From positions 15,066,001 to 15,130,000 of the forward strand of contig OZ024746.1 of the NCBI GenBank assembly GCA_964016885.1: a DNA stretch of 64,000 nucleotides, in the 5' to 3' direction. This stretch comes from Eledone cirrhosa. Taxonomy: Eukaryota. Positions 28,301 through 39,859 of the stretch are shown piece by piece (position 1 is the first letter of the stretch; every line of letters begins with the position of its first letter). The translations under genes and the position numbers were made by a program. The notes beneath the pieces were generated by a model. The model was given only the letters and a program-made list of their open reading frames with translations. It was not told where the DNA came from and made no database searches.

Positions 28301-29635
28301 ATACATACACATACATATATAATATACCGATAGATAGTATTAGCAATTGGAAAGACCCATGGAAACATTGTTTCCTCGGTCCGATTTGACAAAAGTTGAT
28401 CGACTGTCTATATACACATACATACACACATAATATATACAGATGCATACACACATATATACATAATACATAATAATACATAAAGTTATGTTGGTACCAC
28501 AACATCCAGTCCTAAATAAATGAGGTCGTGTAGGTGTCACGACAAAAAAAACACACAGTCCATGCTGTAATGTGGCCATGTAGGTAACAGTAAAAACTTC
28601 CCAGTCCACACTGTAAATGTGGTTGGTGTTAGGAAGGGCATCCAGCTGTAGAAAACCTGCCAGACAGTCCCATACGAGTGAGACGACCAATCTTGTTTCA
28701 AGTGGGACAATTCCTGTCTAAACCCATGCTAGCGTGGAAGATAGACGTTAAACTATGATGATGATGATATATATACATATATACATACATAATAATACAT
28801 ATATACATACATATGTATGTGTATTAGAAGTATTGTTAGAAGTAGAACACTTAGTGAGTAATGTAGAGACTACAATACAAGATACCACATTGATACTTTT
28901 ACTTAACCTAATTTTCTGTGGACCTCACATGAATATATAGTAATAAGTACAACATAACTTTACTTTAAATTTACACATGTATAGAGAGACACACATTAAG
29001 TGTATAGTTTTATATACAAACACAGATACACTGTAGATTATATATATATATATATTAAAAAATGAGAAACAGGGAGATACAAAAACAATTAGTGTTATTA
29101 GGTTCACACTTGGGATGAAAAAAAAAATATATATATATATGTATATATATATATGTATATATGAGTTTATTCATTTTCTTACAATATAGTTTATGTTTCA
29201 GTAAAATGAGTGTTTCCTAAGCCTCTTCAGAGAAGTAGTTAGTTGTTTTTTGTTATAAGCAAGGCATGGTGATCTGACCTAGCATTGGCCACAACAGGAC
29301 AACTCATGTTAGCATGGAAGAATGGATGTAAACGGTGATGATATATATATATATATATATATATACATGCGGAAAGTAAATGAAAACCATCACAGAGGAA
29401 CGATACAGTACAATAAATATATATATATATTAATTTAATGCTTGTTATAGTAGGAAGAAAATCGTTTTGAATGTTAGTCCTAAAATTAGACGATAAAATG
29501 AGAAAGAAAAGATGAAACAAAGATATTGAGTGTACATAAATGCACACACACACACATATATATACACACACACATATATACATACACACAAACACATGTA
29601 TAAACATATATACACACACATGTAATATATATGTA

Positions 29636-29697
<62 letters not shown>

Positions 29698-31665
29698 CAT
29701 ATATATATATACAAGGTCCACTACTTACATGAGAGAGTTTGTTCATAGGAATCCAGTTATGCCTTTTAACAGATCCTTTGTAACTCGGCATTGTTGTTGT
29801 TCTTGTTATTAAATGTCAACAAGCTCTAGCTGGTCCCCTTTCTCTCCCTTTGTTGTCTCACAAAGCCAGAAACGTTGTTTAGGGGTTCGGCATTCAAATG
29901 TTTCATATTTTATCAATTCCATCTAACATTTTGAACTCAGAGCATAGCTGAACATCCAAAAACATTGTGTCCACTACTTAAATAATTTTACCAACCCACC
30001 AATATTAATAATAATCTAATTTACTCTGTAAAACAAAAATTGATTTTTCCTAAAATTCCCTTTTAGAAAAAAGTTGAAATTAAATATATTTTCAAAGTTA
30101 GACTTATTAATCAACGTATTACTGTTTAGCTGGTATAAACTATAATACTTCTCGCCGTTGCTATCTATATATATGCCTGTCTGTCAGTCTGTCTGTATAT
30201 ATGTCTCTATCTCTTTCTCTCTCTCCTAATCCATTCATCTCTATAGATTGATAGACTAGAATTGTAAGGCAAAGTACACAACAACATTTTAACCTTTGAA
30301 TACATACACATATATAAGCATGGACGAAAAATGAGGATATATATATATAAAGACGCGCACACATATATACATACATACACACACACACATATATATATAT
30401 ACACACATAAACATATACACCAAAAGATACACATACATGCATTGTCTAAGCCTCTACTCACACCAATTAAATACTTCAATCTTATCACTAGCTATTATAT
30501 AATGGTGGTGTTGGGTTATGGTGGTAATGGTGTTGAGTTATGGCAGTGATGGTGCTGGGTTATAACAGTTGTGGTGTTGGGTTGTGGAGTAATACAATGT
30601 CAGTAAGGACCAATAACTCCTGATGGAGTTGTGGGGTTGCCACTGTGACATACAGTGTATCTTGGAGTCTTTAAACCTGGCAGAGGTTTAAAGTCTCCAA
30701 GAAAACAACTGACTTGTGTGTGTGAGAGAGAGAGGTGGGGGAGAATAAACCCCAGACTAGTATTTTTTTTACCAACCACGAAAAGATGAAAGGCAAATTT
30801 GACCATAACAGGATTTGAACTCACAGTGCAGAGAGCTGGAATGAATACCATAAAGCATCTATCTGATGTTCTGACAACTCTCCCAATTTACCTCAATTCG
30901 GTAAAACCTATGTTCCTTATTGATCTTCTTTGCTGAGTGTTTTATCATTCCTATACTAAGCACCTGTTTTACCTTCACCTGTGTTGGTCCTCTCTAGTTT
31001 CCAATAACAACTGATTCAGTTGTTTGAAGAATGGAACTGCCTGCCTGTGAAATTAATGTGGAAGAAGCTGAACATTCCATAGACACGTGTATCCTTAATA
31101 TAGTTCTCAGGAAGATTCAGCATAACAATATGTGTGACAAGGCTGACCCCTTGAATTACAGGTATGCATTAGTTTTGCGAACTAAGTGAACTGTCTTGCT
31201 GAAGGATATAACATGCTGCTTGATCTAGGAATTGAACTTCTGATCTTACGGTTAGCCCAGCACTCAAACGATTATGTCATGTGCTTCCACTACAACTACA
31301 TGTTAGAAACTGCAGCTAAATCTCCCCCAAGTAACATCCTATTACCTTTAAAAAGGAATATCACATATGAGATCCTGTTCTCCAAGATAGACTGTCTGGA
31401 AACAAGACAGGATGGTCATGGCTAGAACAAGGCTGAGCTGAGGCTAAATAATAATGACTATCCTCATCATGGACCCTGATACAAGCACTTAAGAAACTAG
31501 ATGGTACATACACTAAATGTTTAGGGTTGTACAAAACATAAACTGGCGTCAACATATTACAAATGAAAGTTTATAAAGAAACTTGCCTAAGATAACAACT
31601 ACAATTGATCAACGACATTTACGATTTGCAGGACATTGCTGGAGAAGTGGGAAGTCATACACAAC

Positions 31666-31698
<33 letters not shown>

Positions 31699-31759
31699 GC
31701 ATATATATATATAGCATAATATATTAGTCTCAAACCAAATTAATGTACCAATACTGAAA

Positions 31760-31810
<51 letters not shown>

Positions 31811-34800
31811 AACATTTTATACTTAAATTGGTGTCAACGTATTACATATGAAAGTTTATATGGAAACTTGCCCAAGATAACAACTACAATTGCTCAAAGG
31901 CAGTTATGATTTACAGGACAATGCTAGAGAAGTAAGCAGGAAGTTATACACAAGCTACTATTGTGGGAACCAACTCATGGGAGATGCAGTAAAGGAAGAC
32001 CTGCATGAACTTTTATTGATCAACACTCAGATGGTACAAACCTCAGTAGGGAGCAGTTGCCAGGATCAATGGAAAATTATGAATTGTGGAGAGACTTTGT
32101 CAGGAATGTTTGGGTGTGGTCGCAATGATGATCACAATTATCATCATCATTTTCATGTCTACTTTTCCAGGCTGACATGAGTTAGATAGGACTTTTTGAG
32201 ACAATGTTTTACAGCCAGATACCCTTCCTGACACCAACCCTTTATATATGTGATATTTTTCCCATTCAAAATTATCACTGGTAATGATTACTTAAAGAAA
32301 TTTTTCTTGGATTGAGAAAATGACACAGGATCAAGAAGTGTTGGAGGAAACAAGGAAGAACACATTGGATAATATAGTTCTAGATATAGTATTAAAAAAA
32401 TTGGTGGGGTAGTCATAGCTGAAACATCTTTGATCAGAGGTCTACTGGATCAGGACTGACCTAGCCTTAAATAACATGGTCATAGCTGGAATATTTTTGA
32501 TCATAGGTCAACTGGATCTAATATAGCCTTCATATTAAATATAGTAGGGTGTGATTTAAAGGGAGATTTGGCTGCTATTTCTAGCAAGTCAAACGTTGTT
32601 TCTGATGAGGTCATTGTTGTCATAATTTATTTTGCTGCTTTTGTAATCCTTATAACATCAACTCTAATGTTAATAATAATTATATATATATATATACATT
32701 TATATATATGTGTGTGTGTGTGTGTATACATACACACACATATATGAAGTACTTCCTGTTGATGCTGTTGAATGTTTGGCTAACTGAACACAACAACCAA
32801 ATAAGCAGTTATAAACTCACTATTGTCATTAGCCTAGAAACACTGACACAATCAGGCACTAATTAGTTATTCAAAGTCAGTCTATTTCAACAGCTGTTTT
32901 TCATACAAGCATCATCAAGTTTCTCAGTCATTTTGGAGCCTGTCATTTTCTACAATACTCTAAAGACTATTACTAACAACATTAACACTTTAGCATTTAA
33001 ACTGGCCATATCCGGCCAGAATTCTCTCACCTCTTTTTGTTAGAACTAGTCATAACTGGCAACTCCCACCAAAGTTAAGGTATTGTTCTCAAAATAAATA
33101 ATATCAAAATCTCATAGATTCGATATTATGTGAAGTAAAGACTTTACCGTGAAAAAAGGGTTAACCCTTTCAATATCAAAGCACCTGAAACTGCCGTCTA
33201 ATTCTATGATATAAAACTATTTATTTTAAAGTGTTTATATTTATCTCCTTACCGACCCACAACTGGCCAAGTGTGGTGAGTATGATTACACTCCTGACAT
33301 GATGAAAACCAAACAGAAAGTGGTGGAGGTCAACCAATGAGGGGTTCCTCCAATAGGAGTGGGAAGGCTCTGGATTGAAGTGAATATCTATCTAAAAACT
33401 TTCGATCATAATTCTATGTAAGAACCTTTGTTATGTTTCTAAACATCAAAGTAATATTACTAAATCCCTCCAAATTATTGATTATTTTCAAAATTACTTA
33501 AAAATCACAGGCAGTGTCTTTCATTAGAAATATGGTAATGAAAGTGTTAAAGTGTTTATATTCATCTAAAAACCTCCCGTCATAACAGCTTAATAAGGAG
33601 AAAGTTAGTGACATCACTAAATACTTCCAAATTCTTGAGTCTTTTCAAAATTATTTAGAAGTCATTGGTAGTGTCTTTTATTGTTTCTACATTTTCTTTT
33701 CTATGTTTTCATGGGTTAGATGAGATCCATGAAGTTATGACAGGTTTTCTTCAGCTGGATGCCTTCCCCATTGTCAGGTTATACCTCATTCTAAGTATGG
33801 TGTATACAGCTGACATTAGTTGAACAGCTCCACTACTGGACATAGCAAACTGTACAAATACACTTTATAAACAGAGTGTACTGGGTGTATTTCATTGCGG
33901 CACTGGCACTACCATAGAGTATACAGACTACATTTTACAGTGGCACCAGCACTATCACTTCAGAGTGTAACAGGTGCATAACATCATGGTATTAGTACTA
34001 AAGAGGTTGTCATGTACTTTGTGAGATAAAGAGTCCTCTCTACCAGATATTGTCTTCGTTTGATTGCCAACCACTTTACAGAGTGTACTGGGTGCATTTT
34101 ATCATGGCACCAACACTAGACAGGTTGTCAAGCTCAAGACAAGACCAAAGTTGCTCTCTAAACTACCCTGGGCTGTTTTGGTCCCTATGTAATATATAAA
34201 CATTCATACTTTTGTTCTCTGCAAAATACTAGATATGTGGCTTCCTATGACATTGGCTGTGTGGAGCTGCTCTGAGGACTTGGATCTTTAGCTTCAATTC
34301 TTTCATTGAGCAATCATAGAGTCACATGATTGTTATATATTCTATATCGATCTCTTTTGATATATATATAATATCATCGTCATTTTCATTTTAATGATGG
34401 CTTTCCCTGCTGGCAAGGGTTGGACGGGTCCATATTGACCAATTCAGTAATATTCGCTTTCCCCGCTGGCAAGGGTTGGACAGGTCCATATTGACCAAGT
34501 CAGTAATGAAGCAGAGCCACTGATCTCCCAGGCATACATGCGTTTATGTATGGTCTCACATTCCATCAAGTGCTCAGGAGAGGGTGTCATGCCTTTGACA
34601 CAACTGAGAGTCCTCTCACTACTTAGTTTGGCAAGATTTCTATGGCTGGATGCCCTTCCTATCACCAACCACTTTACAACATGTACTGGGGGCATTTACC
34701 ATATAAATCACCAACACTAGGGAGGTTGTCATGTCCTTTGGTAAACTTCAACACTTCTTGGACAAGTGTATACAAATCAATTGAATGTTAAGTTTCATAA

Positions 34801-35518
34801 TAATCCTAAACATACAGTTCATATGTGTGTATGTGTGTGCATTTTATATATTATTATTATTATTAGTTCTAATCCCACCAAGCTTAGCTTTACCTTTCAT
34901 TCTTATGGGGGTTGATAAAATAAAGTACCAGTCACGCACTGAGGCTGATTTAATCAACTTTCCCCAGCTCCAAAATTGTTGGCCTTGTGCCTAAATCAGA
35001 AACAGTTATTATCATTGGTTCTAATTCCACCAAGGTTAGCTTTGTCTTTCATCCTTATGAGGGTTGATAAAATAAAGCACCAGTAATGCACTGGGGTAGA
35101 TTTAATCGACTTTCTCCTCCCCTGAAATTGTTAGCTTCGTGCCTAAATCAGAAACCTTTATTATGTACCAAATATCATTATTATAGGATTTTATGCCAGT
35201 TAAACTTAAACCATTTCGATTGCAGATAAGAAATTCTACATTCCTTGAGTATAGACTACTAAGTTGAATAATTGTTTCTACTTTTGGCACAAGGCCAACA
35301 AATACCCAGTGCATTACTGGTACTTTATTTTATCGACCCCGTAAGGATGAAAGGCAAAGTCAACCTCGGCGGGATTTGAACTCAGATCGTAAAGGGACGT
35401 AACTATGCTGGAAAGCATGGCGACCGACCCTCTACCTATATGATCCTGCAGGCGTTAACTAGTAACATTTTATCTCTTTCTTTCTTTCTTTCTTTCTATA
35501 TCTATCTATCTATCTACA

Positions 35519-35554
<36 letters not shown>

Positions 35555-36637
35555 TCTCTCTCTCTCTACACACATATATATATATATAAAGTTATTAATA
35601 CATATTTAATATGTATGAAGCTCATGTTTCTCAATAAATAACCTCAATGGTTCAGAGCATCAATTATTCAAATTTAAAAGATACATGTAGAGAGAAAAAA
35701 AATTATATATCGTTTGATGGGACAAGCTTCGCCGTTGGGCATAGAAACCCATTAATATCTACACTACTTTTCTTAAGCATAAAATGCTAAATTCAATAAT
35801 GGTTTTAAGTAGTAATATCCTATATATATGTGTGTGTGGGGGTGTGTATTTTATATAGAAATGACATTTACAAGACTAGAGTTGTTTCATTAGTATGAAA
35901 TCATCAGGAATATCAGATAAAATTTATATAGAAGTCATTTCTCTATAAAATAAATATGTTTATTCTCCAGTAACGTATTAAGTACCTTTTCTAACTGATG
36001 TTCTCGAATGGACAGGGAAAGGCTGGTGCAACTTGACACCTGTGACGTCGCACCTTATTTCTACATCTGGGTAAAATAAAGGGTCTTGCTCAAGGACACA
36101 ACATACCGCCCGGTCCGGGAACCGAACACACCCTTTAACATTCACATGTTTTAATAGTTATTATATATACATAATTAAGAAGTAACTATAACGTTGCAAT
36201 TATAACACAGGGCATATAAAACAAATTAACATGACAGAAATAAGTCCTTAATTTAATCCTTTTATATATAACTGGATAGCATCGAGCTTCTCTCATCTTT
36301 ACCAGGATGTATGGTTATACTGGAAAACCCCAATATGAATATATATATAATCACTTACCTTAGCAGGAGGCTCGGAAGTTGATAAAACAGCAGTGTGGGC
36401 AACGTTAGCGGTGGTAGCTGCCGGGACATTTTCGGAAGATGTTGATGTGGAGGAACAGAGAGATTTAGAAGGTGAACCAGCACTCTCTTTTGAACTGGTA
36501 CTTGGTGACTGTTGTGGCATAGAACGGTCTGAAGTGGACACTGATTCACTACTGGCACCAGTGGTGGAACGACTGGCCCCAGTAGACACACTTACTGTAC
36601 CACCATCATATAAATCCGAATTATCTCGAGGATCCAT
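6775..36637 (-). CDS. MTMR2: Myotubularin-related phosphoinositide 3-phosphatase (MTM1/MTMR1/MTMR2 subfamily), 17 exons, ~686 aa
   Basis: Exons (minus): 36637-36359, 26583-26508, 25569-25475, 21279-21169, 20919-20818, 19740-19657, 18658-18587, 16775-16701, 14997-14809, 13547-13456, 13026-12933, 12769-12671, 12130-12023, 10582-10490, 9791-9678, 8286-8107, 6972-6775. Total 2061 nt, frame closes. Contains PH-GRAM ([28 protein letters not shown]), intact catalytic [12 protein letters not shown] ([13 protein letters not shown]) and a coiled-coil tail. Exon 1 is the least certain. Confidence 0.93.
7119..7285 (-). mobile_element. SINE fragment with conserved central domain (AACCCTGC.ATG.ACTGG.GTCCTGTCCAGGGG)
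   Basis: Same family as the two tandem copies at 50660-50870 (+); flanked by GAAG(T/A)TATT putative TSD. Confidence 0.65.
8398..9443 (-). mobile_element. RTE-clade LINE, 5'-truncated (RT C-terminus plus 3' UTR)
   Basis: ORFs 9248-9517 and 8738-9154: [35 protein letters not shown]. The 3' tail ending in (ATG)n is shared with 28495-28770 (+), 22530-22985, 43685-44040, 51440-52000 and 61670-61860. Confidence 0.88.
9826..10007 (+). mobile_element. tRNA-derived SINE (dominant family, >20 copies in window)
   Basis: A-box-like TGGCAGTATTGGTAGAG, B-box GAGTTCAAATCC, body GGTTAACTTTG.CTTTCATCCTTATGGGGTCGATAAAATAAAGTACCAG. Other copies near 11820(-), 12345(-), 19360(-), 21421(-), 21675(+), 21845(-), 25674(+), 25781(+), 30760(-), 34870(+), 35020(+), 35270(-), 40090(-), 45010(-), 49900(-), 54050(+), 56940(+), 57500(+), 58620(+), 62600(+). 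Confidence 0.85.
10066..10294. mobile_element. piggyBac-type MITE
   Basis: TTAA TSDs at 10066-10069 and 10291-10294; perfect 14-bp TIR CCCTTTAGTATTTA. Related copies at 23577-23876, 32982-33164, 50095-50307. Confidence 0.85.
11065..11585 (+). mobile_element. CR1/L2-type LINE 3' fragment
   Basis: [18 protein letters not shown]...[10 protein letters not shown]...[14 protein letters not shown] plus tail GAGTTGTAGTGCACCTGAGCACTGTACACA-(ATT)n. Tail copies at ~17945(+), ~46085-46230(-), 62275-62575(+, twice). Confidence 0.85.
13060..13385. repeat. G-rich degenerate minisatellite (GGACATTGTGGGGTGGGGACA core)
   Basis: Repeated GGGGTGGGG units in an MTMR2 intron. Confidence 0.85.
13602..14620. repeat. 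Compound satellite: TTATCTACACTATCTCT + variable (CA)n
   Basis: Roughly 28 units of about 30-38 bp. Confidence 0.95.
15042..15936. repeat. 38-bp minisatellite (GTGTGGGACAGACTTACAGGTGTCACATCAGTCTCAGA)n
   Basis: About 23 near-identical units; explains the stacked repetitive ORFs. Confidence 0.97.
17512..17593. repeat. Perfect 38-bp inverted repeat with 6-nt loop at the head of a SINE (SINE body to ~17640)
   Basis: 17512-17549 is the exact reverse complement of 17556-17593. Confidence 0.93.
19755..20245. repeat. AT-rich degenerate minisatellite (AAATATTTAGTGAAGATATATA core)
   Basis: Repeated core with variable TA/GA spacers, starting about 15 nt from an MTMR2 acceptor. Confidence 0.85.
22052..22271 (+). 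mobile_element. Young full-length tRNA-SINE with 18-bp TSD
   Basis: ATTATTATGTATATCAGC at 22052-22069 and 22254-22271. Confidence 0.88.
23577..23876. mobile_element. piggyBac-type MITE with internal duplication
   Basis: TTAA-CCCTTTAACATTT ... AATGTTAAAGAG-TTAA; same body as 10066-10294. Confidence 0.8.
24290..24506. repeat. 39-bp minisatellite
   Basis: (TTATGACAGTAAGCTGTGTTGCCTTACTATCACATC..) about 5.5 copies. Confidence 0.93.
24618..25100. repeat. Degenerate ~35-bp minisatellite (TTTAAAGACACATG.AGCA)
   Basis: Diverged tandem units. Confidence 0.8.
26635..27446. repeat. 21-bp minisatellite (GTGTCTGATGTCATACACTCC)n
   Basis: About 38 units; source of the MTSDTEC / YDIRHGV ORFs. Confidence 0.97.
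27447..28175 (+). mobile_element. Decayed non-LTR retrotransposon 3' end (ingi/Vingi-like or related, Cys-knuckle C-terminus)
   Basis: Broken frame [17 protein letters not shown]...PAGFDLP*...LN...[13 protein letters not shown]...DCHLRRFPG. Clade assignment is uncertain. Confidence 0.65.
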
Positions 36638-36691
36638 GAATTTCTTAGACGACACAGACAAATTACGAAAAAGTCTCTCGAGAACGAACAG

Positions 36692-36722
<31 letters not shown>

Positions 36723-38049
36723 GCTACATATATACAAATATATAAATAGTTGTTGTTTTCTTTGTCACAGCATGTGAAATTATATCTAAATATAACTATA
36801 TATATAATATATAAATATATACTCTTTTCAAGAGTTATAAGATTTTAACAACAACATTTACCTGGAATGACAGCTTTCAGTGAAGAGTGATAGTTTGAAG
36901 GGAGGTCACTCCGCGGTGCTTCTAAAATAAATACTTAATATCTTGGCATAATTTCTTTCTTTCTATTAGAAGTTGTGTCAAAAGGTAAAATAAAATTAAA
37001 AATTACAAAAGTAATAACACTAATGTTTTCCTTTTTAAATAACAAGATTAAAGGATGAATACGTCGTTAATTGAATTTCCCATAATACAGGATTGCTAAT
37101 TATTTATTTTTTCAATTATTTAGTCCGCGTAAGAGGTACAATTCCTTAAGAAATGGTAAAAGCTTGTAGATGAATTATATCGATACAATTCAAATGTTCA
37201 ACATGGGCATCAGTAAATTGATATCTGTATTATTATAGAAAGACACCCCCCACCAATTTCAGTGGAAATAAGTTTTTTCTTCAGTTTTTCCTGCGACATC
37301 AATTAAACTTACCTCCTAATATGGTTCTAAGGAATTTTCCCTGGATAAAGGAGGTGTGGATAGGGGGACCCTCGGACTTTCATTCCCCAGATTTTTCTTT
37401 ACCATTCCTTTTTCCATGGTTTTTTCGTGTGCTACCAACTAATCTTACCCCCCGAACATGCTGCAAAGGACTTTTTTACCCGGAAAACAGAGGGGGGTGG
37501 GGCGTCGGACTTTTCACCCATCACCCCGGAGGTTAGGGTTAAGGTTAATCTTGGAGTTGGGGGTTAAGGTTAGTGGGTAAAAGAAAACTCTGGGAGGGGG
37601 CAGATCCAAGGCACCCCATCCTCCTCTTCCTGTGCAAAAAAGCCATTTGCAGCATTTTTTTTTAGGTAAGATTAGTTCGTAATACACGGAAAAAAGAGGG
37701 AGGGAAATGAAATGGTATAGAAAACTCGGTGGTACAGAAGAGATCTGAAATTTCATTTTGGAATCATTGTTCTTACTTTAAATTGGCAAGGTCTCACTTT
37801 GAACTGGTATGTCCTCACTTAGAGTTACAAAAACTACAATTATGGCAACCATGGCATGTCTCATGGGAAGGTATTACTTTATGGAGTTTGTGTTGACAGC
37901 TGCTGATGATGTGGGTAATAATTCCACACTAGTATGGCACAATCAACATTTTCTATCAAAATGTGGAAGTTTTGAGACATCCTCATCTTTCTTATTGATC
38001 AGGTAATTAGAAGTTATTACATGTTCCTTGTTATAACTAATGTACATCT

Positions 38050-38695
38050 TAAGTGGTATGTGATATATCTCCTACAGGTCTAGATGTGGGATGTGATATA
38101 TCTACCACAGGTCCAGTAGATATCTCCTGTGTATCCTAAGTGGTATGTGATATATCTACCACAGGTCTAGATGTGGGATGTGATATATCTACCACAGGTC
38201 TAGATGTGGGATGTGATATATCTACCACAGGTCCAGTAGATATCTCCTGTGTATCCTAAGTGGGATGTGATATATCTACCACAGGTCTAGATGTGGGATG
38301 TGATATATCTACCACAGGTCCAGTAGATATCTCCTGTGTATCCTAAGTGGGATGTGATATATCTACCACAGGTCTAGATGTGGGATGTGATATATCTACC
38401 ACAGGTCCAGTAGATATCTCCTGTGTATCCTAAGTGGGATGTGATATATCTACCACAGGTCTAGATGTGGGATGTGATATATCTACCACAGGTCTAGATG
38501 TGGGATGTGATATATCTACCACAGGTCCAGTAGTTATCTCTTGAGTACTCTAAGTAGGATGTGATATATCTACCACAGGTCTAGATGTGGGATGTGATAT
38601 ATCTACCACAGGTCTAGATGTGGGATGTGATATATCTACCACAGGTCCAGTAGTTATCTCTTGAGTACTCTAAGTAGGATGTGATATATCTACTA
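38050..38695. repeat. Higher-order minisatellite of 33-bp and ~54-bp related units
   Basis: Shared core GTGGGATGTGATATATCTACCACAGGTC with two alternative endings. Confidence 0.93.
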
Positions 38696-39199
38696 TAGTT
38701 TCAGAAGATATTAGTCTTCCTGTCAATGCTATAATTAAATTATAGAAAACAACAAACAGCCATCAAAATACCGACAATGAGATTTAATAGTTTTATTATA
38801 CAAATATAGACTGATTTAATACAGAAGATAAAATTTAAAGAATTCCCAGCACATATAACTGGTGTAACGACAGACATATAACAGTCCACAATAAATGTAA
38901 AAATGTTGCTTATTTTTATATATTTTTTCTTTTTTTTGTTTCAATTTATTCTTTATCATAATTGTCATCACTACCATTATAATGATGCACACAAATACAT
39001 ATAAAGGCATATACAGACACAAAAACATAGGCATGCAAATATACATACACATATGCATACATATACACATGAAGGCACGTAACTTAGTGGTTAGGGTGTT
39101 TGGTTCATGATCATAAGGTTGTGAGTTCGATTCCCACTAAAAGAGAATGATAACAGTTCCTTGAGTAACTGTTTCAGTTTTTAATGTTATTTCCAGCAA

Positions 39200-39695
39200 A
39201 CCTGGGACAATAATGAGACATGACTTTCACACCCAGTACACCCAGGACAATGAGACATACCTCTCTCACCCAGTACACCCAGGACAATGAGACATACCTC
39301 TGTCACCCAGTACACCTAGAACAATGAGAAATACCTCTCTCACCCAGTACAGCCAGGACAATGAGACATACCTCTGTCACCCAGTACACCTAGAACAATG
39401 AGAAATACCTCTCTCACCCAGTACACCCAGGACAATGAGACATACCTCTGTCACACAGTACACCTAGAACAATGAGACATACCTCTCTCACCCAGTATAC
39501 CCAGGACAATGAGATATACCTCTGTCACCCAGTACACCCAGAACAATGAGACATACCTCTCTCACCCAGTACACCCAGGACAATGAGAAATACCTCTCTC
39601 ACCCAGTACACCCAGGACAATGAGACATACCTCTCTCACCCAGTACACCTAGAACAATGAGACATACCTCTCTCACCCAGTACACCTAGAACATT
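39200..39695. repeat. 37-bp minisatellite in probable ILVBL 3' UTR
   Basis: (CACCCAGTACACCCAGGACAATGAGACATACCTCTCT)n. Confidence 0.93.
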
Positions 39696-39859
39696 AATAG
39701 GACATATATCTTTCACACCCAACACAAATACAACAAAAAGATACATCTCTCACTCTCAAGTTTCAGAGTTTCATAATTTGTTTGCTTGTTATTATAATTA
39801 TTGTTGTTGTTGTTAGTTAATTATTGTTATCACTGTTGTTGTTGCTGTTACTGTTGTTG

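Noticed and set aside
37528-37578. Telomere-like GGTTAGGGTT (also 23292-23308)
   Set aside because: Only one or two exact TTAGGG units, degenerate; not an interstitial telomere array.
39072-39136. tRNA-like sequence with A and B boxes
   Set aside because: Degenerate SINE head with no complete cloverleaf; the same applies to the other GTTCAAATCC sites.
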